Virus record (IMG/VR): IMGVR_UViG_2721755149_000018
Reading direction: 5' to 3' (one strand)
From: an uncultured virus (IMG/VR IMGVR_UViG_2721755149_000018)
Taxonomy: Duplodnaviria > Heunggongvirae > Uroviricota > Caudoviricetes
DNA length: 64,000 nt
The notes beneath the pieces were generated by a model, which saw only the letters and a list, made by a program, of their open reading frames with translations, had not been told where the DNA came from and did not search any database. Made by a program: the position numbers and the translations under genes. Positions within the stretch are counted from its first letter, which is position 1. Every line of letters begins with the position of its first letter. Below, one piece after another: positions 10,621 to 21,550 of the stretch.

Positions 10621-11750
10621 AGTTTCGTGTTGACCGTAAAGCCCTCGCAGACACCATCGCCGTGGTAGCGAAGTCCCTGCCCTCGAAGCCCCCGACGCCT
10701 GTGCTGGCGGGCGTGAAGCTCACCGCAGACAGTGGGGTGTTGCGGGTGGAGGGTTTCGACTACGAAACATCCACGCGGGCGCACGTGGTCGCGGACGTGC
10801 TGGACGAAGGCAGTGTCCTGGTGTCAGGGAAGCTGCTGGCGGACATCACGAAAGCCCTCCCGCAGAAGCCCGTAGAAGTCAGCGTCGATGGTGCCCGTGT
10901 CGGGATCGTGTGCGGTAGCGCCAAGTTTTCCCTCCCCACGATGCCCGTCGAAGACTATCCGGCCCTGCCGAACTTCCCCGCCACCACGGGCAGTCTGCCG
11001 ACGGACGTGTTCGAAACCGTGATCGGCCAGGTTGCTGCGGCGGCGGGTAAGGATGACACTCTGCCGATGCTCACGGGCATCAAAGTCGAAGCCGGGAACG
11101 GGGAACTCACGCTTGCTGCGACGGATCGGTTCCGGCTCGCCATCCGCACACTCGACTGGGCGGGCGGCGACGTGAACGCCCTCATCCCAGCGAAAACCCT
11201 CGCCGAGGTCGCCCGCAACGTTCCAACCGGCCTCGACAACGTGGATGTCGGGTTCCATGATGGTCTGTTCGGTGCGGACACGGGCAATGTGTGGACGACG
11301 GCACGAGTCCTGGATGCGGAGTTCCCGAAGTTCCGGCAGCTTCTCCCGACCGAGCACAGCGCGGTAGCAAGCGTGGACGTGCAGGAGCTTGCGGGTGCGG
11401 TGAAGCGTGTCGGTTTGGTTGCGGAGCGGGGCGCCCAGATCCGCCTCACATTCGACGCGGGTTCGCTCACGGTCACCGCAGGAACCGACGGGGAGAGCAG
11501 CGCTGAGGAAACCCTGGCTGCCACGTTCGCCGGCGAACCATTGACCATCGGCTTCAACCCCGGCTACCTCCTCGACGGTCTGAATGTGATCGGCACGGAG
11601 CGGGTGTTGTTCGGGTTCACCACCCCCAACAGGCCCGCCACTCTGCGACCCGTCAGTGAGGACGTTCGGTACACAACCCGCGGACCGTATCAGCCACTCA
11701 AGACCGATTTCGTGTACCTGCTCATGCCCGTCCGACTCCCCAACAACTAG
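10617..11750 (+). CDS. dnaN: DNA polymerase III beta sliding clamp
   Basis: GTG start; [51 protein letters not shown]. Confidence 0.95.
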   Translation: MKFRVDRKALADTIAVVAKSLPSKPPTPVLAGVKLTADSGVLRVEGFDYETSTRAHVVADVLDEGSVLVSGKLLADITKALPQKPVEVSVDGARVGIVCGSAKFSLPTMPVEDYPALPNFPATTGSLPTDVFETVIGQVAAAAGKDDTLPMLTGIKVEAGNGELTLAATDRFRLAIRTLDWAGGDVNALIPAKTLAEVARNVPTGLDNVDVGFHDGLFGADTGNVWTTARVLDAEFPKFRQLLPTEHSAVASVDVQELAGAVKRVGLVAERGAQIRLTFDAGSLTVTAGTDGESSAEETLAATFAGEPLTIGFNPGYLLDGLNVIGTERVLFGFTTPNRPATLRPVSEDVRYTTRGPYQPLKTDFVYLLMPVRLPNN

Positions 11751-11975
11751 GAGACAACCATGAAGGTTCGGGAACTTCTCGAAAAACTGTCAGGGCTCGA
11801 CCTGGACACCGAGGTGCTACTCATTCCAGCCAAGTCATCTGGCGTTTCCGACATGCCCCGCGTTCGTGTGGAGGATGGCGCAACCTCGCGCTACGGGTAC
11901 GTGCTTCCCGTGAGCCAGTACAGGCATCTCGGTGAGGATACTCGTCCAGTCGTTTGGATCAGTTAGTTCGTTTCG

Positions 11976-12002
11976 GGGCGGCATCCGTGTGGGTGTCGCC
12001 CC
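11976..12002 (+). terminator. GC-rich hairpin
   Basis: GGGGCGGCATCC-GTGT-GGGTGTCGCCCC. Confidence 0.5.
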
Positions 12003-12273
12003 GAACCCCCATCGAAAGGAACATTGTTGATGAACGACGAGTATGTGATCTACGACGATTGCGGAATGGCTGGCTGCGAATGCGGTTGCAGCCCAGACGA
12101 TTGGGATGACGAATGAGCCGCACAGTGCGGGAAACCTACCCGAACCGATGTCTCAACCACGCCTCGACGGGCTGCACAGGCTTCTCTGGTGGTTACGACA
12201 CCTACGTTTGCCGTGAACCGTGCCGACTGGACTACGACATGGCAACACGCACCTATTACAGGGAGGTTGTGGC

Positions 12274-12714
12274 ATGAGTCAGGATTTGCGGCGGGAGCGT
12301 GACGGGGTGGCATACGAAACAATCGCCGGCGCCACCCAATACATCGCGGAACTGGAAGCTGAAAACAAGCGGCTCAAAGCGCAAGTGCACAGCCTCGCCA
12401 GCGAGGTGAGCGTCGGTTCGATCGTTCCGCCTGGCGCACGCCCCGATGATCGCGAAATCAACAAGTGCATCGACGAAGCCGAGTCCTTGAATGAGGCGTT
12501 GTTCGAGATCGCGGACAAGTACGGTGCGGATGTGACCAACAACGAGGAGCGTTGGCAGGGAGGCGTATTCCTGCGTGAGATTGGCGACTTCATCGACGAT
12601 GTTCGAGAGGTTGCAGAGCGGTTCGTTGGTCGCCAGGGGTGGGACCGGGGTTATCTGGCTGGACGTTCGGATGCGTACGCCGATGTGTACGACTCGGTGA
12701 ATCCGTATGTCTGA
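12274..12714 (+). CDS. coiled-coil protein, paralog A
   Basis: N-terminus near-identical to the 13175 ORF. Confidence 0.7.
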   Translation: MSQDLRRERDGVAYETIAGATQYIAELEAENKRLKAQVHSLASEVSVGSIVPPGARPDDREINKCIDEAESLNEALFEIADKYGADVTNNEERWQGGVFLREIGDFIDDVREVAERFVGRQGWDRGYLAGRSDAYADVYDSVNPYV

Positions 12715-12840
12715 TGTGTCGTTGTTTGATGAGCCGCCCACGATCGTGTGGTGTTTCGTGTGCGAACAGGACGTGGAATCGACTGTGGAATGCTGGAAGG
12801 AATGCGTGAAGTGAAGCCGCTCATGGTGTTGTCGTTGGTG
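12707..12840 (+). repeat. direct repeat copy 1 (encodes 35-aa Cys peptide 12707-12814)
   Basis: Near-identical to 13591-13724 (offset 884). Confidence 0.9.
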
Positions 12841-13174
12841 GAGATGAAGGTGCGGGATTCTGTGCAGGACTACCGGCACGCGCTGCGTGAGGCGGAGCAC
12901 TTGATGCGGTTCGGTGTGCCGCGTGAGCAGGCGCTCGAGCGGGTTGGGTTGACGGTGGATCAGGTTGTGAAGCGGGAATCACGGGAGCGTGCATCATGAG
13001 CAGTTACGTCATATCCGAGGCCGCTCACTGGGTGTTGAACCATCCGCAGCGCGACACTTTGTGGCGTCATTACCGTTCGCTCGTCGTGGAACCGGAATCG
13101 CCGTGGGCTGGCGAGGCGGATTACACCGCAGCGAATGAGTGGCTGGTCGAAACCTATAGGAACGGAAGTGCATC

Positions 13175-13591
13175 GTGAGTCAAGACATTAGGCGTGAGCG
13201 TGCGGGTGTGTCGTTCGAAACGATCGCCGGCGCCACACAGTACATCGCACAGTTGGAGCAGGAGAACCACGAACTCAAGTATCTGCGCGAGGATGACAAG
13301 TCTGAGATTGTTGAGCTGACCGTGGAGTTGGAGAACCGGTCGCATCGGATCGAGGCACTGGAAGCCGAAAACCTGCATCTCAAAGGCGCATTCGATTACA
13401 ACGCGGCACTCGCGCGAGAAAGCGAATACCTCCGCAGTCAACTCGACCGCCTATATCGTATGGAATCCAACATCCAAGACCTGAAAACGCGCGCACTCGA
13501 CTACTGCGATCGCCCCGACGCGCAACATCTGCTCGTGGCGCACCACTGGATCTGGCGGGAGTTGGTCAAGATCCTGGATGGAACGTACTGA
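13175..13591 (+). CDS. coiled-coil protein, paralog B
   Basis: MSQDIRRERAGVSFETIAGATQYIAQLEQEN. Confidence 0.7.
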   Translation: MSQDIRRERAGVSFETIAGATQYIAQLEQENHELKYLREDDKSEIVELTVELENRSHRIEALEAENLHLKGAFDYNAALARESEYLRSQLDRLYRMESNIQDLKTRALDYCDRPDAQHLLVAHHWIWRELVKILDGTY

Positions 13592-13724
13592 TGTTTGATG
13601 TGTCGTTGTTTGATGAGCCGCCCACGATCGTGTGGTGTTTCGTGTGCGAACGGGACGTGGAGTCCACCGTGGAGTGCTGGAAGGAATGCGTGTCGTGAAG
13701 CCGCTTGTGGTGTTGTCGTTGGTG
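13591..13724 (+). repeat. direct repeat copy 2 (35-aa Cys peptide 13591-13698)
   Basis: MFDVSLFDEPPTIVWCFVCERDVESTVECWKECVS. Confidence 0.9.
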
Positions 13725-14823
13725 TTCATGCCGGTTGCGGTGGGGTTGCAAACCCTGGCGTTGGTGCGGGAGGGGGTGGTGTCGTGGACGAAATAGATGC
13801 TCTGCGGGCTGAGGTTGCCCGTTTGCGGCACGAGAATGACACGTTGCACGCCCAGTTGGATGAGATCAAATCCCAGCGGGATACTTACGCTGCTCTCAGC
13901 AACCATCCTGTTCGAGCTGTACACTAGAAACAATCACGGTAACCGGGAGGCGTTGTGCGGCTCTACTTCACCCTCACCACGACAGGTGGCGAACACGGCA
14001 CCTTCGAAGCCTGGCACGAGGACGGCCGGCAGTTCGTGAAGGTTGTCACCCATTCGACGGGTGTGGAAACGACGGTCACGTATCCGACGGTTCCGTTGGG
14101 CGACAAGTGGTCGTTCATCGCACTCGCTCTGCGGGATGTGGAGTTGCAGGCGATCCGTGACCGTTTAGAGGCCACACAACGTGCCCTCGCTGGCGTGGTG
14201 CACGCCTCATGATCGGCTTCACCCCGATGCGGTTGGTGTGCCGTGACTGCTACGAAACGTATTGGTTCGGGCGCGTACTCAGCGGGCTGGAGTTGGCTGA
14301 GGTGTGGCGCGCTCACCAGTGGACACACGCCGACTATGTGATCGAGATCGACCACGAAACCTACAACATTCGGAGGGTTGGGAACGGTGACTGACCGTGC
14401 GTTGAAACGCCGCGCCAGGCGCCTGCACTACCTCCGCAACCTCCACCACGCACTCGAAAGGACCACCCATGAACATGACCCTCACCTGCCAACTCTGCGA
14501 CGAAACGTACTGGAATGGCATAACACTCTTCGACTGGGAGGTCGACATCATGCGCACATCCCACGATTCAGGGTGTAGCGCCCGCGAGCAGTTCAAGCAC
14601 CCCGATCCCGATGACGTGATGTATCCGGCGTGGTCGTTCGCACCGTTCGGCTCCTGGACACTCGACGACGATGATCCGCGCCCGTACGGCAAGCCGCGTC
14701 GTCGCAGCCAGACGGAACTCGGGTTGCGTGCCCCGGATCGCACGCGCGCCACCGTGTACGCCGGCGAAATCTTCGAACGCCAATCGAACGGTCGCTACTA
14801 CCTGTGGATGGACGGTGGTCGAC

Positions 14824-15102
14824 GTGTCTGAGCTGCGTTGGGAAGCACTCGATATCGTGCAACGCTGCCAACCCGCACAAAACACGTGGCCCGAAGTGCT
14901 GCATGACCTGCACTGGAACGACGGCTGGCGCATCGAAGCCATCCGCAACGACATTCTCGCTCGTGGTGCGTGCACGATCCCGATCCGCGTCACCTCCACC
15001 GAGTCGGGGTTTCGGGTGGTGGATGGGCATCGAAGGGTGGCTGCTGCCCTGTCGTTGCTGGTGGATGTGCCCGTGGAAATCGTGAACGGAGACACGGAAT
15101 GA
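14824..15102 (+). CDS. stand-alone ParB/Srx N-terminal-like domain protein
   Basis: I..DILARG..IPIRV...FRVVDGHRRVAAA. Confidence 0.7.
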   Translation: MSELRWEALDIVQRCQPAQNTWPEVLHDLHWNDGWRIEAIRNDILARGACTIPIRVTSTESGFRVVDGHRRVAAALSLLVDVPVEIVNGDTE

Positions 15103-15569
15103 GCGTCAACGAACGTATTGCCGAAGGGCGTCGGCTGTTCGACGCGGCCACCCCTGGATCGTGGGAGGGCATCGCGGGCTTCGGTAGGACGTGGATTTGC
15201 GCGCCGCGGGAACCTGAGCCTGAGTGGATTGCGAAGGATGTGACGCCGCATGATGTTCGATTCATCGTGTGGGCGCGGAACAACATGCCCGCGCTACTTG
15301 ACGAACTCGACAAGCGTGACCGGCAGATCGACCTGCTGTGCGACGCGCTGAAAATCTCGAAAGACAACACCGACTCAGCCACAGAAGCGTGCACCGATGA
15401 CGCGCTACACCTTGTGTTCACCCACGAACTGCTCGACCGTATCCGTGGCATCGCAGACAAGGCGGCGTCCGTGAACTGGCGGCGCACCCCGAAACTGTCT
15501 GTCGATGAGGCGGAGGGAATGAACAGGGTTGGCGAGGCAATCCTGCGAGCACTGGACGGCGCGCGATGA
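15099..15569 (+). CDS. Ead/Ea22-like accessory protein
   Basis: DAATPGSW...FIVWARNNMPALLDEL. Confidence 0.65.
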   Translation: MSVNERIAEGRRLFDAATPGSWEGIAGFGRTWICAPREPEPEWIAKDVTPHDVRFIVWARNNMPALLDELDKRDRQIDLLCDALKISKDNTDSATEACTDDALHLVFTHELLDRIRGIADKAASVNWRRTPKLSVDEAEGMNRVGEAILRALDGAR

Positions 15570-16297
15570 ATCTCCATGTGCGTGGTTCTGGTTCCCCGAT
15601 TCTGTTGTGCCACGGTATTGGTGCAGCGCAAGCATCGTGGGGCGAGTTCGCAGAGACCCTGTCGGAGTCGCATACGGTGATCACGTTTGATGCGCCCGGG
15701 TGTGGGGATGCGCCGGCACGGTGGGTTCCGTACACCATGCGGTCGTTGGCTGCGGATGTGGCCCGTAAAGTACGGCAACGGTTCGGCAGGGTGCATGTCG
15801 CCGGGTTGTCGTGGGGTGGGGTGTTGGCGCAGCAGCTCGCCGCCGACCATCCCAGCCTCGTGGATCGACTGGTGTTGGTGTCTACGTCGGCGGGTGTGGG
15901 TGGGGTGATGCCCGCACCGCACGTCACCATGCTCGCATCGACGCCACTGCGGTATGTGTGGCCGCGGTTTGGGGAGTGGGCGGCACCGATCTTGTACGGC
16001 GCGGGCGGCGGGAAGGTGAACAGTGCTGCGCCGTCGATGGTTGGGTATGCGCATCAGTTGACAGCGGTCGCCACCTGGAACGGCTGCGGTGAGATCCATG
16101 CGCCGACGTTGATTGCGTGCGGGGAAGACGACCGCCTAACCCCCGTCGGTAACGCACACATCCTGGGCGAGCGCATCCCAGACTCGACTGTGGTGACGAT
16201 CCCGGATGCAGGGCATTTGTGGCTGCTCAACGAACCTATGGCTGCTGCTAAACTGGTTACCATGCACACAACAAGCAACCAGGAGAACGCCGCATGA
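15566..16297 (+). CDS. alpha/beta hydrolase, intracellular PHA depolymerase (PhaZ)-like
   Basis: HGIGA oxyanion loop, FDAPGCG, GLSWGGVLAQQLA lipase box, TPLRY, GYAHQL, GEDDRL, AGHLWL. Confidence 0.75.
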   Translation: MNLHVRGSGSPILLCHGIGAAQASWGEFAETLSESHTVITFDAPGCGDAPARWVPYTMRSLAADVARKVRQRFGRVHVAGLSWGGVLAQQLAADHPSLVDRLVLVSTSAGVGGVMPAPHVTMLASTPLRYVWPRFGEWAAPILYGAGGGKVNSAAPSMVGYAHQLTAVATWNGCGEIHAPTLIACGEDDRLTPVGNAHILGERIPDSTVVTIPDAGHLWLLNEPMAAAKLVTMHTTSNQENAA

Positions 16298-16725
16298 GCT
16301 GGTTCCAGCGCACTGCGCGACCCACTGCGGCCGTGGAACGAGCGCACGTAGACGTTCCTCCCGCACCCAAGCCCGCGCATCCCACCGACGCGGAGATTGC
16401 AGCAGCCATCGACGAGGCCAATGCCGCATACGTCGAAACCGTCCCCGATTTCGGCGCCACCACGGAATGCCGAGTATGTGGCGAACAGTCTCGGTTGACG
16501 CGCACATACGGGACACGCAAGACAGTCCTGGAGTCATTGCCGCCCGTGAAGTACACGGTGTACGGCACCTACGAGAGCGGGGATCGCGAGGCCACTCGCT
16601 ATGTGATGCACGAGTATCTGACGGTGCGGTGCGGATCGTGCGGTGTGGACCTGCCGGATGAGAAGCCGAAGCACTACGAACTGCCGAGCGTATCCGCATA
16701 CACGACAGGATGGGACAACTGGTGA
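16294..16725 (+). CDS. zinc-ribbon protein
   Basis: CRVCG and CGSCG pairs. Confidence 0.6.
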   Translation: MSWFQRTARPTAAVERAHVDVPPAPKPAHPTDAEIAAAIDEANAAYVETVPDFGATTECRVCGEQSRLTRTYGTRKTVLESLPPVKYTVYGTYESGDREATRYVMHEYLTVRCGSCGVDLPDEKPKHYELPSVSAYTTGWDNW

Positions 16726-16866
16726 GCGCTTTGACTGCGACGGAGGTTGTGTTGGGTGCACTCACCACCACCACCACGTCCTACGCCGACACCGCACACG
16801 ACATCGTGGCCGCACTCGAAAACGCCGGCTACATACGCCGCATCGACAACTGAATACGGAGTGATT

Positions 16867-17505
16867 GTGGAGACTGTGGAACGCCTACCCTTCGTCATCG
16901 ACAAATTCAGGGACGCCGTGCACGCCCTCGTCGGCACACGGAGCGGTGTGATCGACACCGACACCGGACAGCGCCGGGTGGTCGGTGACAGTCTCTACCA
17001 AACCATGCGCGACTCAGTGGCCGGGTTGGTGCGGGACACCACAGGTTCGAAGGGTTGGCGATCCACCCCACCCCTGTGGCTCGACGCCGAACAATGGATC
17101 GACGATGTAGACCGTGAAGTCCGCACCTGGCACCACGACGGCACCGGCCCCGATCATGCCACCGTCAATCGGCTTCATGCGCTGGCGGAGCTTGGTTTCA
17201 GGCCGCAAGATGCGCAGTGGCTCAAGGATGCGACGCGATTCCTGTGGTCGTGGGTGGCGAAAGCAGACAATCTTCTCGACGGCGACACCAAACACAAGTT
17301 CGACCTAGTCGTAGCCTGCCCAGCATGCTCTGCCCGATACACCTATGTCATCGACAGCGGCGGCGAGCGGAAGCGTCAGGCCGCGCTGCAAGTCGACTCC
17401 AGTGGATGCGTCTGCGCGGAGTGCGAAACGTACTGGGACCCGTCCAGGTTCGGCCTATTGGCTGCGGCTCTGGGCTGCGAACTTCCCGAAGGAGTCCTCG
17501 AATGA
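16867..17505 (+). CDS. conserved actinophage protein with C-terminal Zn ribbon (possible transcription regulator; start uncertain)
   Basis: S.PPLWLDA, RPQD, CPAC...C..C..YW. Confidence 0.65.
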   Translation: METVERLPFVIDKFRDAVHALVGTRSGVIDTDTGQRRVVGDSLYQTMRDSVAGLVRDTTGSKGWRSTPPLWLDAEQWIDDVDREVRTWHHDGTGPDHATVNRLHALAELGFRPQDAQWLKDATRFLWSWVAKADNLLDGDTKHKFDLVVACPACSARYTYVIDSGGERKRQAALQVDSSGCVCAECETYWDPSRFGLLAAALGCELPEGVLE

Positions 17506-17818
17506 AGTTCGCTACTGGTGGTGTCGTGCACGTCAGGGCAGTAGACGGCGGGGAATGGACCGAGATCGGCACTCTTGACGGTTTCGAACCTGACAACGGC
17601 GCTCTCATGCCTGTTCCGCGAGCTCCGTGGGTTCGGTTGACTGATGACGTGATGGAGTCGTACACGCGCACGATCAAGCGCAACTACACGCACACGGTGG
17701 AGTTCACGGCGAAGAAGCTGAATCGTCGGGTGGTTGAGTTGCTGTTCGGGNNNNNNNNNGTTTGCATTGCCCTCGACGATCATGTCGGGGGCAATGTTGT
17801 GTCAACCAGCTTTAGGGG

Positions 17819-17854
17819 TTGTGTGTACCCACACTGTCGGCTATGGTGAACACC
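17819..17854 (+). promoter_or_regulatory. promoter with operator in spacer; likely leaderless transcript
   Basis: TTGTGT-N17-TATGGT, operator 17823-17834, ATG 7 nt after -10 with no RBS. Confidence 0.65.
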
Positions 17855-18064
17855 ATGAACACGACAAGCAACCACCCCCGTTTGCACCGCTGGTTCGCCG
17901 CCTTCGTCCTCGCAGCCTGGGCCACCAGCATCGCCTACATCGCCGACGCCACCGGCTACTTCATGCCCGTCATCCTCGCCGGCATTCTCGCCACCGCCCC
18001 GTTCATTCTGCTGGCGGTTGCGATCCTGTTCCTCGCCGCCAACACACTCCCCACGGAGGACTGA
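17855..18064 (+). CDS. small two-TM membrane protein
   Basis: Two hydrophobic stretches in 69 aa. Confidence 0.65.
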   Translation: MNTTSNHPRLHRWFAAFVLAAWATSIAYIADATGYFMPVILAGILATAPFILLAVAILFLAANTLPTED

Positions 18065-19273
18065 ACCATGTCGAAGCTGCTCACCCAACTGCCGTTCATC
18101 GCCCTCGAAACCCTCGACCAGGCGTACTGCCTGCTGTTCGGGCACAACACCTTCCACTTCCACGATGGCGATGGCGCCCCGTATCGGTACTGCAACAACT
18201 GCCACGGAACCTGGAACTAGGCATGCGCACCGAATGGCTCGCGAAGCTAGAAACGGGCGGCGGAACGGTCTGCCGAACCTTCGAACAGGCTCTCATTGAG
18301 CATTCGAAATCCTGGTGGCACTACTACGATCGTGGCTCCTACTGGATGCTTGAGCCGCGACCGCCGAAGCCGCTAGCGATCTTCCGTCGCGAAGTAACCG
18401 GATGGACGCCGGCGTGAGCCGTTTCGCCCCGTTGGTTGGTCACGGCGTGTTCCTCACCGCCATCTATGCCCTCTACCGACTCTCGGAGACAATATGAACC
18501 ACAACGACTCCGCAGCGGATCGCGACCAGATTCTCGACGAGATCAGTCGGCTTGGTGCCGGCCCGGATGGTCCGCACGTGTGCGATACGTGTGGACGCTG
18601 GCTGCCCTGCCGACACTGCACAAAGGAAACCAAGTGACAATCGTCTACACACCGCCCGTTCCGCACCGATGCTCCAGCGCATTGCCGGACACCGACGACG
18701 TAACCGAGCCGCTAACGATCGCCAAATGCACATGCGGACGCTACTACTACGCCGACAGTGACGACATCATTGGGATCTGCTGGTATCGAGTGTGGTGGTT
18801 CCACTTCCGTTTGCGGCGACGAATCCGCGAATGGGAACGAGGTTGAGCTACCGATGAGACTCATGAAATGGTGGCGAGCAAGCCGCAAGTGGCGACACTG
18901 CCCGCACGAGAACATCCGCGGCATCTACGGCGACATGATCAACTACGTCGGCGGCCGGCGACTGGTGTGCATGGACTGCGGCAACCTGCTCGATGGCCCT
19001 GTGAGTATCGCTGAATTACGGAGGGTGTCGTGAGGTTTCCGTGGTGGGTGCCGTTGTTGTTGACGCTTGGTCCGACGATTGCGCGCGAATGGTTCGACGA
19101 CCTTAAACCCCAACGAAAGCGCCGCCGATGACTCCCGACGCCCTCTACCTTGTTGCTGTTTTCGCACTACTCGCTCTCGCGTGCATTGCTGTGGTGGTGG
19201 TGGAAACCCGCCGGCACATCGCCGCGAAACGCCTCGAACGAGACCTGCACGATTACAGAACCTTGGAGTACCG

Positions 19274-19876
19274 ATGACTACGACGACCGTTCCCGACATC
19301 CTCACCGGCACGCACCAGTTCATGACCGCGTGTGGACAGCTCCCCGGCCTCGGTTGGGGTGATCCCACAACCCGCAACCTACGCCGCGAACTCCTCGCTG
19401 AGGAAGTCAACGAATACCTCGACGCCGACGACCAGAACGATCTCGTGGAGGTGGTGGATGGTCTGCTGGACATTGTGGTGGTCGCCCACGGCTCACGGTT
19501 GGCTTACGGGCGGGATGACACCACGTTCCTGATCGGTATCGCGCAACGCCGCCAGTGGCACGATGCAGAGGCGCGCCGGCGGTTCCGGTTGGCGATCGAA
19601 CAGTCCGCGGACGCCTATTTCGAGGCGGAGGACCGCGGTCTGCTGGACGATGCGCTTATCCATTTGGCGAATCTGGTGCAGTATGCGGCGAACGCCCTGG
19701 ATGGCCTGGTGGGGGAGGATGTGGCGCGGGCGTGTGCTGGGGAGGTGACGCGCTCGAACCTGTCGAAGATCGTGGACGGCAAGGTGCTGCGACGTGCCGA
19801 CGGCAAGATCATGAAGCCTGAAGGGTTCACCAGGCCCGATATCGCGGGTGTGCTCACGGCGGCAGGAATGGTGTAA
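19274..19876 (+). CDS. MazG-like NTP pyrophosphohydrolase
   Basis: LLAEEVNEY...EVVDGLLDIVVV; EV.RSNLSK...RRADGKIMKP. Confidence 0.85.
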   Translation: MTTTTVPDILTGTHQFMTACGQLPGLGWGDPTTRNLRRELLAEEVNEYLDADDQNDLVEVVDGLLDIVVVAHGSRLAYGRDDTTFLIGIAQRRQWHDAEARRRFRLAIEQSADAYFEAEDRGLLDDALIHLANLVQYAANALDGLVGEDVARACAGEVTRSNLSKIVDGKVLRRADGKIMKPEGFTRPDIAGVLTAAGMV

Positions 19877-20266
19877 ATACCGGCAGGTCGCATCTGTAGG
19901 GGGAACTGGTTACCGAAACCACACCTGATAGGTGATTGGTATGCCTTTTCATCTTTCCGACGACGCTGTAGCCCTGATCCTCAAGTTTTTGCCCCGCAAT
20001 CAACACACCCAACGCCTACTCGCAGCATTGAATGCCTATCTGCATGGCTACGAGTACGAAGTGCGGCACTTCCCCGACGAACACACCATGATCGTCGCTA
20101 TCTACCGCCGCGGACAGGTCATCACCTCCACGATCGTGCCTGATGATGCGCATGTACCGGAGGTGTTGGTGCAGCTCGGCTATCCGCGGGCGAGGGATCG
20201 TAAGAAACGTTGACCACACCCGCATTGCGGGTACACTCAAACCAACACACACGAAAGGAACGGCGC

Positions 20267-20500
20267 ATGAATCCACCTGACGGCAAATGGTGCGTTGCCG
20301 CAATCGGCGACGACCTGCGCCCCTGGACCGCCTTCAAATGGGGCGACCCCACCGACCGCAGCGTGCAGGACTTCCGCACGTGGCGACAGGCCATGAACTA
20401 CGCGAACCGCAAGGCCGCGTTCGAAAGCGCCATCAACAAGCTCATGTACGGCGTGTGCGGGACTCGCTGCAATCAATCGCACTGGGAGCTGCTCGCATGA
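20267..20500 (+). CDS. small protein with FRTWxxA motif
   Basis: AAGGA RBS; motif shared with adjacent ORF 20497-20694. Confidence 0.6.
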   Translation: MNPPDGKWCVAAIGDDLRPWTAFKWGDPTDRSVQDFRTWRQAMNYANRKAAFESAINKLMYGVCGTRCNQSHWELLA

Positions 20501-21550
20501 CCGCATCGAAGTGGCGTGTCCGTTCCTACCCCGGTTTCCGATTCCGCTGGCTCGCCACCCACCCCCGTGAAGGTACGAAAGCGTTCCGCACCTGGGGTGA
20601 AGCCATGCTGTTCGCCATGACCGAAGCCGACAAAGCCCGCGATTTGGAAGCGCTGCGCCGGCTCCACTTCCGCACGGTGATCCGACATGGCTAGCCGATG
20701 GGCAGTGAAATCAGCACGATACAACAACAGACAGCCCGCTTAGTTCGCCTACCGCGCAGGCGAGTATGACACTCCGCAACGGAATTGACACCAACCACTG
20801 CAGAAGAACGGAACGGTAAAGACAATGGCAACCTGGCGCACCCTGCTCGCAGACCACCTCTTCGAGAACTCACTCGGCGGCATCGACACCATCATCCATT
20901 ACGCGCCGAACGAAGCCGCATTTGACGTGGAGTTCGACGACGGATACGGCTCTGTCAACGGTCCTGAAATCCTCGCATGGTCGGAAGATAGGGTGTTCTT
21001 TCCTGTGTCTTACGACGGAAGTGAATCGATCGGTAGTGCACCTCGAAACCCTCAGTCCGAGGGGCAGCCTCACATAGGAGTGGGCTGGTGACCGATTCTA
21101 CTTCGAATGAGATCGATCCTCTGACTACGGCGCTGTTGATGGCGCAGGTTGACGGAGATCTGTCTGCTAGCCACGCCCAGAATGGCTCGTTCATCTATGA
21201 GTGGCCCCACGGTCTGAAATGTGAGACGTGCGGTGCCGCTCTCACGATTGGCGGGGTGATCGACTGGTGGGATTCTGGCTACGGTGGGAGGGATGTCACG
21301 TGAATCGTTGGTGCATTCAACGCTGCTACCGGTCACGACGACCAGGGTGAGGGCTTGATGAGAGACAACATCATTGAGCTGTATCCGGACGGCCAACCCT
21401 ACGACGGCCTAGTGTGCGCCAACTGCGGCAGCGCATGGTGGAACGCCCAAGTCGTCATGGACCGATCGGGGCGCATCAACGGCTGGGGTCGGGTCGCTGA
21501 CTGCGCCGAATGCCCAGAGGGCAAAGCAACCATCACAGGAGACGTGCACA

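Noticed and set aside
12707..13724. DGR template/variable repeat pair
   Set aside because: Differences are not adenine-specific and no reverse transcriptase is present in the window
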